Assembly: GCA_965140785.1 (NCBI GenBank)
Contig: OZ223491.1
Location: 1-64,000 of the forward strand
DNA from: an uncultured Ruficoccus sp.
Lineage (GTDB): Bacteria; Verrucomicrobiota; Verrucomicrobiia; Opitutales; Cerasicoccaceae
Direction of reading: 5' to 3'
Length of the DNA stretch: 64,000 bases
Shown in pieces: positions 52,030-62,127 of this stretch. Each line of letters begins with the position of its first letter. The first letter of the stretch is position 1. Under the pieces are notes generated by a model, which saw nothing but the letters and a program-made list of their open reading frames with translations, was not told the origin of the DNA and ran no database searches. A program made the position numbers and the translations under genes.

Positions 52030-52378
52030 GCCTTGCTTTTACGAAACTGTCGCTTCTCTACAGCTGACCAGCCTATGCAAACTGTACCGCGTTGAGAGTT
52101 CGCCGGAGGCGGGGGGGGGTAATGATATGATTAATGGTTAGATTCTAGCCCGAGCGTAGCCCATGCCTTGGAGTTTGGTTTCGTCGTATTCGGGAGCGGT
52201 TTCTTGTGCGGCAAACTCGAGTGGCGTGAGCAGTCCGAGGAAACATTGGGACCGGTGGGCGAAAAGTGCTTAACAGGCGGGTGTCTCCAGTGGTGGGGAG
52301 AGTTTGGTCGGCATTCACCTAGAAGCGGGCCAACGAATACCCACAGAATGAGCATCATCTAGGCAAAGGTATCTCACG

Positions 52379-53992
52379 TCATTTACGAATCATACGAATG
52401 ACATTAAAGCTTAACCCAGGGAGAGTGATATCGTTCGTATGCTCGACGGTTTTATCTATATTTGAATATGAATCCGTCTTTATCGAAAGGGGTGTTTTAT
52501 CGACAGTATTACTCAGGTCAACGTCTGACCCGCCCAAGGTTTTTACATCACAAATTTCATACTCAAACCCAGACTCAAAGGAGAAACCGACGGGGGAAGC
52601 GTCTCGATTAACGACCACAATCTGGAGATCATGGTCGCCCTTAACAGCAGCTACGCCCAAATGATCGCGGATTCTCTCTTGAGAAATATCATGGCCATCC
52701 ACAACCAGTCGCACAGGCAGAACATCGGAACCATCTATCTCACTAAACAGCTTAAACATCGCTGCGATACCGGTCGTGTAAAGTTCACCGGAATCATCAT
52801 CCCGATAGATCAACCCCCAAGGGCCGCTGTGAAAAGAGTGATAGGCCGCCGCAACCGTATCCGCGCGGTTGATACACAAAGTAAGGAACAACGCTGTATT
52901 CAACGTACCACCAAGGCTGTGTGTCATAAACCAGTTATTGCGCCAATTACCATCAGGCGGCATCGGTGGCCAAACCGCCTGCTCCGAATGGTAAAGCTTT
53001 ATTCGATCATCACCGGTGATTGCCTTAATATCGGCGGACATGACATCCATGTATCCTTCCACCTGACTGAGCGGGATGCCATTATAATAGGGGTGAAACA
53101 CGAGCAAATCAACATCATCGCCAAGAAACTCCAGCACCTCTCTGTGCCAGTTTTCCCAAGGCTGCTGCCCCGGGCGCAACGGTGCCCACGGAGAGCTTTT
53201 GGAATGAACGGCAATCACCGCATCGGGGTCCACGCTACGTATGGCATCAATCGCAGGTCCAGCGGCATCCATGTATTCGTCAACACTCCAACGCCTATCC
53301 TCATTACCAATATCCATTTCGTTTCCGATTTCCCATATCGAAACATTCACCGGCTCGGTAATGCCAAGTTCCACTCGGCGTGCTGCCCAATCGACGCTCT
53401 GTCCACCATCTGCTTTTTCACGCGGAGTCCCACACAAGAATTCGGCAAGATCACGAATATCCTCGGGCGATTCATTTAGGTTCACCACCCAGGAGAACGT
53501 CGCATCCGGATCAATCTCCTGCACCCAGCGGATCCACTCCACAGGACCAAAGAGAACCGGCGTTCCCTTCGACCAATCCCAGAGTTTTTGCGGCGGCCTC
53601 GCGCCGGGATCACCAATGGCACCTTTCCAGCGAAAGCGTTTCGAGTCCGAACCGGCCACCCGGTTGAGAGGGAAATTAATACCAGCCAACTTGCGAGCGA
53701 CTTCTGGGTCGGGCTCAGTTGAGCCGTCGGGCAACATGAGCGCCTGGGTCAAATCCCAATCATAGTTGAATCCGAAGAGATCCTTGGAAAACACCTTAAT
53801 TGGATTATCCTCATCAACAACAATCGTGATCGTCGTTTTCTCCGGAAAGTCAAATTTCCGATCATCCACCGGCAGAACGACGCCATCATACTCGCTCCCT
53901 GCCCCACCGGAGTCACTCTGAGAAGGAGCTGCCCTCAGCGTACTGATCGCACAGAACAATACCCAGGCTATGCTTTTATAATAAAAGTCCAT
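52379..53992 (-). CDS. Clan GH-A glycoside hydrolase (GH51 alpha-L-arabinofuranosidase-like)
   Basis: LFGFN, RVAGS..FRW, WVVNL, WEIGNE, FHPYY, SEQA; C-terminal beta-sandwich. Confidence 0.7.
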   Translation of the reverse strand: MDFYYKSIAWVLFCAISTLRAAPSQSDSGGAGSEYDGVVLPVDDRKFDFPEKTTITIVVDEDNPIKVFSKDLFGFNYDWDLTQALMLPDGSTEPDPEVARKLAGINFPLNRVAGSDSKRFRWKGAIGDPGARPPQKLWDWSKGTPVLFGPVEWIRWVQEIDPDATFSWVVNLNESPEDIRDLAEFLCGTPREKADGGQSVDWAARRVELGITEPVNVSIWEIGNEMDIGNEDRRWSVDEYMDAAGPAIDAIRSVDPDAVIAVHSKSSPWAPLRPGQQPWENWHREVLEFLGDDVDLLVFHPYYNGIPLSQVEGYMDVMSADIKAITGDDRIKLYHSEQAVWPPMPPDGNWRNNWFMTHSLGGTLNTALFLTLCINRADTVAAAYHSFHSGPWGLIYRDDDSGELYTTGIAAMFKLFSEIDGSDVLPVRLVVDGHDISQERIRDHLGVAAVKGDHDLQIVVVNRDASPVGFSFESGFEYEICDVKTLGGSDVDLSNTVDKTPLSIKTDSYSNIDKTVEHTNDITLPGLSFNVIRMIRK

Positions 53993-54027
53993 ACAGACCT
54001 ACTGGATCAAAAACCAATGATGAATGG

Positions 54028-55383
54028 CTAAATGCCCTCCGGATCACTCGAGCGTAGCAACGGAGACAGATTCAGTCCCAGACGGGCTCCCTGCTCTTCC
54101 AGAAGGGCTCGTACGAGATCTGGATTCAGCGCGCGCGGACGCTGCTGATGCAGGACACACAAAGCCGCCGCCACCCCTGCGGCCTGCCCGAACGCAATTG
54201 CCAGAGGCTGGATACGAATTGCCGAGTGAGCCTCATGAGTAGAAGAAATCGGTCGTCCTCCGACGAGCAGATTCTCGATGCGTCGAGGGATGAGGCAACG
54301 AAACGGAATCTCGTACCACTCGCCACACGGCAAACGATGGATAACAGTCCCCTCTCCAGTCGGGCTATGAATATCTACAGGATAAGAGCCGCGCGCGATA
54401 CAGTCTGAAAATTTCCGACCGGCGAGGAGATCATCCGCTGTCAGCAGATACTCGCCCATGACACGGCGCGACTCGCGTACACCAACCTGGGGGGCGGTCA
54501 CCTGCAAATATGCCTTCTCGAATCCTGAAATCTCTTTTTTAAAAAAACGGACAAGCTCCTGCACCTGACGCCGCCCCTCGATCTCTGCGTCAGTCATATC
54601 CCAAGGATTGGTAGCGTCCTTTCTGAGAATACGCGTCGAGTTAAAGTGGAGAACATCCGGCTGCGTCGTGTGAAACCACAAAACATCTTCACGTGGGCAT
54701 GTAATCTCACCACGCCCCTTGGCAGCCTTAAACATTTTCCCGACCTCCTCCCGCGGAGGTACCCTGGGGATATCAACGCCCGCAACCCGAAAGCAAAGAG
54801 TCATTGGCTGGCTCAGCGCATCGCCCGATCGCCCCGATTCGATTTCCGCGCCGGCTCCCGCCGCCAAGTCCGCATCTCCGCTCGTGTCAACGAAGATCGT
54901 TGCGGTATAATCAGTCAGTCCAGCCTTGTTCGCGATAGTTATGCTTTTGATAATCCTCGTATCGGAGTCCGAGAGCGTGACCCCAGCCAATAAACTATGA
55001 TAAAGCAAGTGAACTCCAGCTGACTGGCACAGTGTCTCTGCTACAACCTTAAGGCTTTCCGGGTCAAATGCCGAACGCTCCTTCGGGTGGCCATAGCCAT
55101 CGAGAGCCTCCATGCCCTCAATTAACTCCTGAAGCACGCCAAAGATGACTTGCACCTGATGGCCATCATCGCCGTCAGCCCAGTAAGACATCCAAGGGTT
55201 GACCATCATCGCCGTCCCAGCCCCACCTAAAAAACCATAGCGTTCAACCAGAAGCGTACGGGAACCGGCCCGGGCAGACGCAACGGCTGCAGCAATTCCG
55301 GCAGGACCTCCACCGACCACGATCACATCGTAATGCGTCTTAGAAGTATGATTTGTTTTAGATTCTTTATGATCTGTACTCAT
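54028..55383 (-). CDS. FAD-dependent oxidoreductase (FAD_oxidored family)
   Basis: DVIVVGGGPAG, DTSGDAD, GVRESRR, YPVDIH, YEIPFRCLIP, GQAAG. Confidence 0.9.
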   Translation of the reverse strand: MSTDHKESKTNHTSKTHYDVIVVGGGPAGIAAAVASARAGSRTLLVERYGFLGGAGTAMMVNPWMSYWADGDDGHQVQVIFGVLQELIEGMEALDGYGHPKERSAFDPESLKVVAETLCQSAGVHLLYHSLLAGVTLSDSDTRIIKSITIANKAGLTDYTATIFVDTSGDADLAAGAGAEIESGRSGDALSQPMTLCFRVAGVDIPRVPPREEVGKMFKAAKGRGEITCPREDVLWFHTTQPDVLHFNSTRILRKDATNPWDMTDAEIEGRRQVQELVRFFKKEISGFEKAYLQVTAPQVGVRESRRVMGEYLLTADDLLAGRKFSDCIARGSYPVDIHSPTGEGTVIHRLPCGEWYEIPFRCLIPRRIENLLVGGRPISSTHEAHSAIRIQPLAIAFGQAAGVAAALCVLHQQRPRALNPDLVRALLEEQGARLGLNLSPLLRSSDPEGI

Positions 55384-55422
55384 AACACTATCACAGGTGG
55401 AAGCCTCGGGATGACGCCTCTC

Positions 55423-56163
55423 TCAGCGACGCTTTCGACGCAGGCACGCGGCAAGCACAGCACCAAGGGCTGCGACACCCAATGCTAAACTGCTCATGGA
55501 CAACTCGGGAATGGCCGTTGTCAGGATAAGTTTGGGTGCAAATTCGGAGTTATTGATCCCGGCAATAGAATAACGGTGACTCTTGCCGTCATCGATAAAC
55601 ACCAGGTCATTGATCTGTAAGCGAAAACTGCTGATAAGATCTTCAGGAGGGTCGAGACGATAATCATCCGCAACCCATCCGGTCACGCTGATTGACACCC
55701 AGGAGTTGATAGGCGTGCTTGAGCTTATAGGTTCCAAACCAGTATCCACGTAGCTCGTATTCTCATAAAGCGAAACAGGAACCGTCGTACTATTCCACGG
55801 CTGCGAGTGGTAGATCGATACATCATCCAAGAGTCCACTCTCATTGACAACGTTGCTGACGTAAAGCATCAGGGTCGCAGATTGCAAGATCTCGCCCTGG
55901 GGAAGCTCTGGCAGCTCAAACTGCACGACGCCCCGGGCAAGCCGTTTAATACTGCCCACATCCATCTCTCCCACAATCATGGTGTTGCCGTAGTCACGAT
56001 CATTTCCGGTTCCGTCAAACGGGGGAACATCCCAAATATAAGCATTCTGCGTGGCCGTTATCGTCGGCAGATCCGTCGCATTGGCAGCGGCACCCGCAAA
56101 GACCAAGGTCAATGTTACGGCAACCGCCATAAGGCTCGGTATTATCGAATTTGTTTTTCTCAT
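55423..56163 (-). CDS. PEP-CTERM protein with DNRLRE/CBM96-like domain
   Basis: ARGVVQFELP..SATLMLY..WVSISVTGWV..PKLIL; IPELSMSSL + TM + RRKRR. Confidence 0.75.
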   Translation of the reverse strand: MRKTNSIIPSLMAVAVTLTLVFAGAAANATDLPTITATQNAYIWDVPPFDGTGNDRDYGNTMIVGEMDVGSIKRLARGVVQFELPELPQGEILQSATLMLYVSNVVNESGLLDDVSIYHSQPWNSTTVPVSLYENTSYVDTGLEPISSSTPINSWVSISVTGWVADDYRLDPPEDLISSFRLQINDLVFIDDGKSHRYSIAGINNSEFAPKLILTTAIPELSMSSLALGVAALGAVLAACLRRKRR

Positions 56164-56260
56164 GATAGGTTATATTTCTGTTTTTTTAATTTTCTATTTA
56201 TATACTTAAACAAGCTAAAACCACGCATGGAACACATAGCTATTAATAATACTTCAATAA

Positions 56261-56965
56261 CTAATACCCCCGCCAAAAAACTTGGGCAGATCCGCCAGCC
56301 GGAACATCCGCTTCACCCATCAGTTCAACATGACCATCATAGTAAGCTACGTTCAATGACCCGGAGTGAGGAACGAGCCCATACTCGCGGCGATAAGTAT
56401 AATAGGTGGCGACCGGGAATCTGGATTCGAGTATCATGGCCGTCTCACCCGGGCTCTGTAAGTGTGCCAGCTTCACCGGGGTGCGTATCGACAAGCCCAG
56501 ATTGCCCTCCCCGTTAGGGTCGCAATTCAAGCCATATGAATAAAAGCTGCTAAATGACGACGAGACTCCTGGAAACGTGATCGGATCGCTCTGGGTCGCA
56601 GGGCATTGAAAAATATTGTGATCATCATCATCCACCGTGCTGGATAGATCATTACCCGGCTCTCTAAATGTATCATTTTGATAGCCCACATAGCTCCAAA
56701 TCGCATACCCCCATGTGTCTTTTTGACTAGTCGGTGGCCAACTCCTCGACACAGGAGGGAAGTCCCCACCGTTATCACCCGCATAGATCAACAAACCCGA
56801 TGCCAATTGGCGCATATTGCTGGCGCAAGAGGTCATATTCACGCGATTCCTCATACTCCCCCATAGTGGAATGAGCAGCGACGCAAGCACTCCGATGATA
56901 GCGACGGCCACGAGGAGTTCAGTGATGGAAAAGCCACCTTTATGATTCTGACGTCGTGTTATCAT
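56261..56965 (-). CDS. Prepilin-type protein with H-X9-DG-CTERM domain
   Basis: GFSITELLVAVAIIGVL, CASNMRQL, FQCP, SYGLN, HSGSLNVAYYDGHV. Confidence 0.92.
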   Translation of the reverse strand: MITRRQNHKGGFSITELLVAVAIIGVLASLLIPLWGSMRNRVNMTSCASNMRQLASGLLIYAGDNGGDFPPVSRSWPPTSQKDTWGYAIWSYVGYQNDTFREPGNDLSSTVDDDDHNIFQCPATQSDPITFPGVSSSFSSFYSYGLNCDPNGEGNLGLSIRTPVKLAHLQSPGETAMILESRFPVATYYTYRREYGLVPHSGSLNVAYYDGHVELMGEADVPAGGSAQVFWRGY

Positions 56966-56997
56966 CGCAGGAGAAGGAAGTCTCAATGAATGTCCGA

Positions 56998-58239
56998 TCA
57001 GACGAGCTCGCAATCGGCTGTGGGTACATCAGTCTTTGCTGTTCGTTCAGGAAACAACGGTCCAAATTCGCTTTCGAGGGAGTTCCATTCGCTTCTTAAA
57101 TCCACGACTTTCCCCTCCTCCATCGCACGATCAATCGCGTTGGCGAGCACAAGAGAGCGAATGCCTTCTGCAAAACCGGCCTTGGGAGCACAGCGACCGC
57201 AGAGCACTTCCAGTAATTCTTTTGCCATAAGCTCATCGCCTCCGGCATGAGAACTGCCCTCAGTAACCGTATAAATGATACTGGGCTCGCTCCAGCCGAC
57301 CTGGCGCAGCTCCAGACACCCGGTCATCGCATCAAAGCGCAAGGTTCCTTCCGTCCCAATCAGGTAAAATCTGCGCTCAGGAAGCCCGGCATTGCAGTTC
57401 GTATGGAACGTGGCACGCACATCATCCGCAAACTCCAATACCGCTACCTGATTATCGACGATGTCCTTGTCATCGTTAAAGGGATCAATCCCGGTCGGGT
57501 CATCCCAAGCCCGATAGGCAGGCCGCCCATTTTCCGGGGAATTGCCAATCTTCTGGGCGATAACAGAGTTCTCCGGCTTGAAGAACGAGCAGTTCCCAAA
57601 ACTCGCAACCCGTATGGGTTGTCCATTCGTGAGCCAGAGCGCCAGGTCCAGGTCATGGCAGCATTTTTCCAGTAAATGCGTCCCGGCATTCTCACGCTTG
57701 CGCCGCCAGTTTCCATGGATATAACCCCCATGGTTAAAACTGAGCGTCTCGTTAAATTCAAACGAGACAAGATCGCCGATCGCATTATCCTCAAGCAGTT
57801 GCTTGGCTTTTCTATAAAGCGGTGAATACCGCAAAACAAGCCCCAGGGCGAATATACGCTTACTCGCCTTCCATGCCCTGTCCATCGCCCTGGCTTCATT
57901 CACGGACAAAGCCAGTGGCTTCTCACAGAAAACATGCTTACCTGCGGCAAATGCCTTGCAGACCTGATCGGCGTGAAAGCTGTTCCATGAGCCGATGAAT
58001 ACCCAATCAACATCAGAACGTGTACACAGACTTTCCGGTGTATCGCAAACAACGGCATCGGGAGCCAAGCTTGCACGCAATGCTGCGACAGACTGCGCAT
58101 CAGGATCATAAACCGCGGTAATATTCAGGGATGCGCCTGGCACCAAAGTCAGCTTTTCAAGCACATTTCGCAGTCGGGAACCTGCACCGATTACTCCGAT
58201 ACGAACAAATCGCGCATTCGCTTCTGCGTCATTCAACAT
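56998..58239 (-). CDS. Gfo/Idh/MocA family oxidoreductase
   Basis: IGVIGAG, HVFCEKP, LEKCCHDLD, HAGGD. Confidence 0.92.
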   Translation of the reverse strand: MLNDAEANARFVRIGVIGAGSRLRNVLEKLTLVPGASLNITAVYDPDAQSVAALRASLAPDAVVCDTPESLCTRSDVDWVFIGSWNSFHADQVCKAFAAGKHVFCEKPLALSVNEARAMDRAWKASKRIFALGLVLRYSPLYRKAKQLLEDNAIGDLVSFEFNETLSFNHGGYIHGNWRRKRENAGTHLLEKCCHDLDLALWLTNGQPIRVASFGNCSFFKPENSVIAQKIGNSPENGRPAYRAWDDPTGIDPFNDDKDIVDNQVAVLEFADDVRATFHTNCNAGLPERRFYLIGTEGTLRFDAMTGCLELRQVGWSEPSIIYTVTEGSSHAGGDELMAKELLEVLCGRCAPKAGFAEGIRSLVLANAIDRAMEEGKVVDLRSEWNSLESEFGPLFPERTAKTDVPTADCELV

Positions 58240-58307
58240 GCCCGCAATGATAGCAATAAATGTATTTTCTTGCCATGTCCAGCCCGATGAATCATTTGGC
58301 ATTTCCG

Positions 58308-59249
58308 ATGAAAAAACATAATCTATTTTGTAAGAACCTGATCAGCAAAATCAACAGCATCTCCCCGTTTCTAGACAATTATTATAGTGGCGTCCGGCGC
58401 TGGGGAGGGCAACTGCCTGACAATATTTTAATATTCTCACGTCTGCGTCGTAAAAAACTAAGCGCAGAACACTTATCCACTTATTTTCATCACCGCTGGG
58501 TTTTGCTAATAGCCATGGAAGGAAGCACAAAAGTACGCGTGAATAGTCGGGTAAAAAAAATACTTCCAGGGACAGCATTACTGATCCCACCCTTACATTT
58601 CCATCATTACTACGAAATTAATGACGGTGACATATGCTGGCTATACATTACGTTTGACTGGCCAGGACAACACTCGTTACCAGACAGTGAGCAAGGCCCC
58701 AATGCCCTGTCCCAGGAAGCATTGGAGCATACGTTGAAATTCATAGACCTATGGCATGATGGGCGCTTAGCAATGACAACACTGCTGTGCGCGGAACTGC
58801 TCACTCTGCTTTTCCTGAGCTTCCCCGATATTATAAAACATGGGCCTTCTACAACCGAAACCAGTGGAGAGAGCCAGTTGGTCGCCACCATAAGGCAAAT
58901 AGTATCCGAAGAACCCGACCACCCCTTCTCTATCGATGAATTAGCGGTTAAAGTTGGCATGAGTGCCAGCCATTTACGTGCTGAATTTCGGGCGGATACA
59001 GGAATTAGCTTAGGGCGTTATTTGCGTGAATGGCGCTTAAGGGAAGCCGCATTATTGCTTACTTCGGAAAATCTGTCGGTAAAAGAAACAGCAGAACGGC
59101 TAGGATACCGCGATATATACGCGTTTAGTCGGGCCTTTAGCCGAGCCATGGGCATCTCACCATCGAGCTTACACCAGCCGCAACGGGCCTCCAGTAATCG
59201 ATACGACAAGACAGGCAGCAGGCATAAACATGAGGCCCCGTCGGATTAG
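58308..59249 (+). CDS. AraC family transcriptional regulator
   Basis: GMSASHLRAEF..TAERLGYRDIYAFSRAF..SPS. Confidence 0.9.
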   Translation: MKKHNLFCKNLISKINSISPFLDNYYSGVRRWGGQLPDNILIFSRLRRKKLSAEHLSTYFHHRWVLLIAMEGSTKVRVNSRVKKILPGTALLIPPLHFHHYYEINDGDICWLYITFDWPGQHSLPDSEQGPNALSQEALEHTLKFIDLWHDGRLAMTTLLCAELLTLLFLSFPDIIKHGPSTTETSGESQLVATIRQIVSEEPDHPFSIDELAVKVGMSASHLRAEFRADTGISLGRYLREWRLREAALLLTSENLSVKETAERLGYRDIYAFSRAFSRAMGISPSSLHQPQRASSNRYDKTGSRHKHEAPSD

Positions 59250-59675
59250 TCTATAATGAACGAACCGTTGGCTAACTACGCAGGCGTTCGTCCGCTCGCA
59301 GCGACGTCAGGCTCCGGATGCGAGTGACGCGGGCGCAGGAGAGGGAATTGGATTCAGATACGCTTTTTCGCGGGTAGTTGTTATACCTGCCTAAATCCAG
59401 ACACGAGGAGGAATAGAGTTATTCTGATAACAGTAAATTGCTGCTCGTCGTGTAGAACTAAAGCTTTGACGAGTCCGTATTCAATGCGGGTCCACGGCTA
59501 ACCTCGCCCGAGTTGTTGAACTGATTGGTGAAGCTCGTCCCGGCCCCGCTGCCGACGAGATTATCCTTCCCGTCAAACACCTGCCCGATCAGGGTCCCCC
59601 CATTCCCATCGCTGTCCGTAGCCTCGCCGGTCAGGCGTCAGGCATTGCGCCCGAAAGCGCAGTGGACGATCCAAG

Positions 59676-59711
59676 AAAAAGCGCGAGCCACCCGTCGGGT
59701 GGCTCGCGCTT
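59676..59711 (-). terminator. Rho-independent terminator of the minus-strand ASKHA gene
   Basis: 15-bp perfect stem aagcgcgagccaccc/gggtggctcgcgctt ending in a T run on the minus strand, just after the stop at 59716. Confidence 0.85.
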
Positions 59712-59715
59712 CCCT

Positions 59716-59877
59716 TCAGCATACCGGGGCCAATGGCATACAGTCGATGAAGTTGTCCTCGAAGCTCGCGATCTGGTTGAGCTCGACCACGCGGCACTCT
59801 TGGAGCAGCGGAACAAGAGTCTCGTTCGCGGCCTGCAGCAGCATCACAGAGGCACCGCCGAGTGAGGCGTTGCCAAT
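59716..59877 (-). CDS. C-terminal fragment of an ASKHA/DUF4445 (RACo, corrinoid reductive activator) protein, cut by the junction
   Basis: IGNASLGGA..LL..VVELNQIASFEDNFIDCM resembles the RACo C-terminus. Confidence 0.7.
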   Translation of the reverse strand: MGNASLGGASVMLLQAANETLVPLLQECRVVELNQIASFEDNFIDCMPLAPVC

Positions 59878-61987
59878 ATAATTTGAACTATCAAACCTCA
59901 AATTAGCAGGATAATGCCTTGACATGAATTGTTCATTATGCCTTACAAGTTCGTGTCTATATTTTGGATAAAGTTTATTGAATTTTGTTTCACTAATACT
60001 AGAAATATTTCAAATTGTACGTGTTAGATAATCTTCAAAATTAAATTTTATTCCAAAGAGGGAAATTATTGTTTATAATGAGTTGCTTTGCTCTAAGGTT
60101 AAGTCAATTTTAAAAAGATAAATTTACTTGATTTTTTTTTTGTAGATAAAATTTTTTAAGGAATTTAATCATTAGCAAGTTTGTTTGAGTTTTAGTTAGC
60201 CAAAAAGGTAGTAGGCTAATTGTTTTAAAATGTAAATACAGAGCAGTGCATTCCGAATAATTTTAAAGCTGAATTATTTTCTCCAAATTTTTTCTCTTCC
60301 TCCATGCTTTAATAATTTTCATCATTTTTTTCATTTTCTTCAGAGTTTACTAAATTAAAATAAATTATCATTAAATTTAATATCATATTTTAACTTTCAA
60401 ATTCATCAATATCTTTATCAATAGAAGATCAATTATCACCATTCTCATCCTCCACTATCTCCCGACCAGAAAATAATAATTCAGCTGCTGCATTCACACT
60501 TCCTGAGCCTTTAAGAATAATTTTATACTTCAGCTATTCTGGACCTGGAAACCCTTTTTTATTTTTATAATCCTTTGGCAATTAATATATCTTCTCTTTA
60601 AATATTTCTTTACAAATCTCAGCCATTCTTTATTACTATGGTATTGAGCAATGTATTTCAAGTGAAAGAATTATGGGATAAGGATTTTGCTTAAACCCTT
60701 CATCATTAATTGTTTGGATTACATCTTGGAATAATATTTTTGAAGTCATTGTATGTCCGTGATAGATTATTGGTTCACCGTCAGGTCCGTCCCAACAATC
60801 CAATTCCACACAACGACAGCCTTTATGGAAAGCCTAATTTATTAGTATTATAATTTTAATTATTTGTTAATTTTAACAAGAGTATATGCTTTTAATGAGG
60901 ATTCGCCAATAAGTTAATCACCGAGTAAGTATGTATTATGAGAACTGTTGATATAATAGTGTGATAATGGTCGATTCATTTTCTTTAATAATATTATTAA
61001 TTACTAAACAATATTAAACTTAATAAATTATTTTTTTTTGTGGGTCAAAAATGCTAGACTAAGTGTCATCAAAAATCCAACTACAGAACATATGAAAAGT
61101 GATATTATTATGATTTTATCGAGATTTCTCTTAATATTCATCGATTCACTTTACAATAGCTTCAAGAGTTACTTCTTAATCTTTTTACTCTGTTTACAGA
61201 AATATAAGAAATTCCTCAGGAGTCATGAATGGAGCTTCAGCTTTCTTTTCTAAATCTTCATTTTCTGCACTTTTGCAGTATTATTAATAAAGAGGGGCTA
61301 ATTCCTTTTTGAATAACAATGATGAAAGAATCTATTAAAATTCATCAAATTCTATGCTATTATTGTTATTTTAATCGAATTCCTTGAAGAGCTTACTGAC
61401 GTATTTTTTGTTTGCTTTTATGTGCATTGATCGAAGCAAACTTAAAGTTTCTTTGAAATCTAGGGAATTTGAATGATCTTTATCTGCTATTGTGAATAAT
61501 TTTTTCATTAAATAATTATTAACAAGCATTTGCCCTCTTACAAATAGAATTAATTTAACAAAAAATACTTGCTTTCTATAGACCCTGTAATAAAATGCTA
61601 AATTCCTTATCAATATAAATCTCTTGCTTCTTGGTTTTCAAAGTAAAATGTTACTTCTTTATTTGAATTTAGTTTAATATTTAAGGTTTAGTCTTAAGAA
61701 AATTCCTTTTTCATTTTATACATAGGGTGATCATTTAATTCTTTTATTTGGTCTAAGGTAATTCTTGAAACTCCAAATGGCTTGCACTAAGAAAATCATT
61801 ATAAGATCATTATATTTTATGATAAAAGGAAAAGTTAAATTGCATGTTTCTTCTAAAAAAAGTATTTTTTGGATTTTAAAAAAACTTTTCCAGCCTTACA
61901 AAATTTTTCAATTTTTTAATGGTTTTTATTTCCATATTTGATCAAATTTATAGCTGATTCAAGATAGCAACTAGGAAACCCTTTCAT
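59878..61987 (-). CDS. Eukaryotic phosphoinositide phospholipase C (delta-like: PH, EF-hands, X, part of Y), intron-containing, 3'-truncated, non-standard code
   Basis: [73 protein letters not shown] introns at 61537-61568, 60983-61019 and 60834-60877. Confidence 0.95.
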
Positions 61988-62127
61988 TCCTAATAAATCA
62001 GATTTTTATTACATATTCAGATAATTTAATATGCAAATATAATTATAAGTTAAATTTGCTTTTAAAAAAAAAAACTCATATAATTTATTTTTATTTTAAT
62101 TATTTTATTTTTATTAACAAATTTTAA

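Noticed and set aside
59265..59390. attC-like site (ggctaac ... gttgtta)
   Set aside because: No convincing inner L-box pairing, no second copy and no integrase.
59716..59925. 69-aa ORF as a real fusion gene
   Set aside because: It is the end of a eukaryotic PLC exon plus a bacterial RACo tail across the junction.
59999..60020. 22-nt GT...AG intron that would remove the TGA at 60010
   Set aside because: Splicing shifts the frame into another TGA and deletes conserved PLC-Y residues (NISS).
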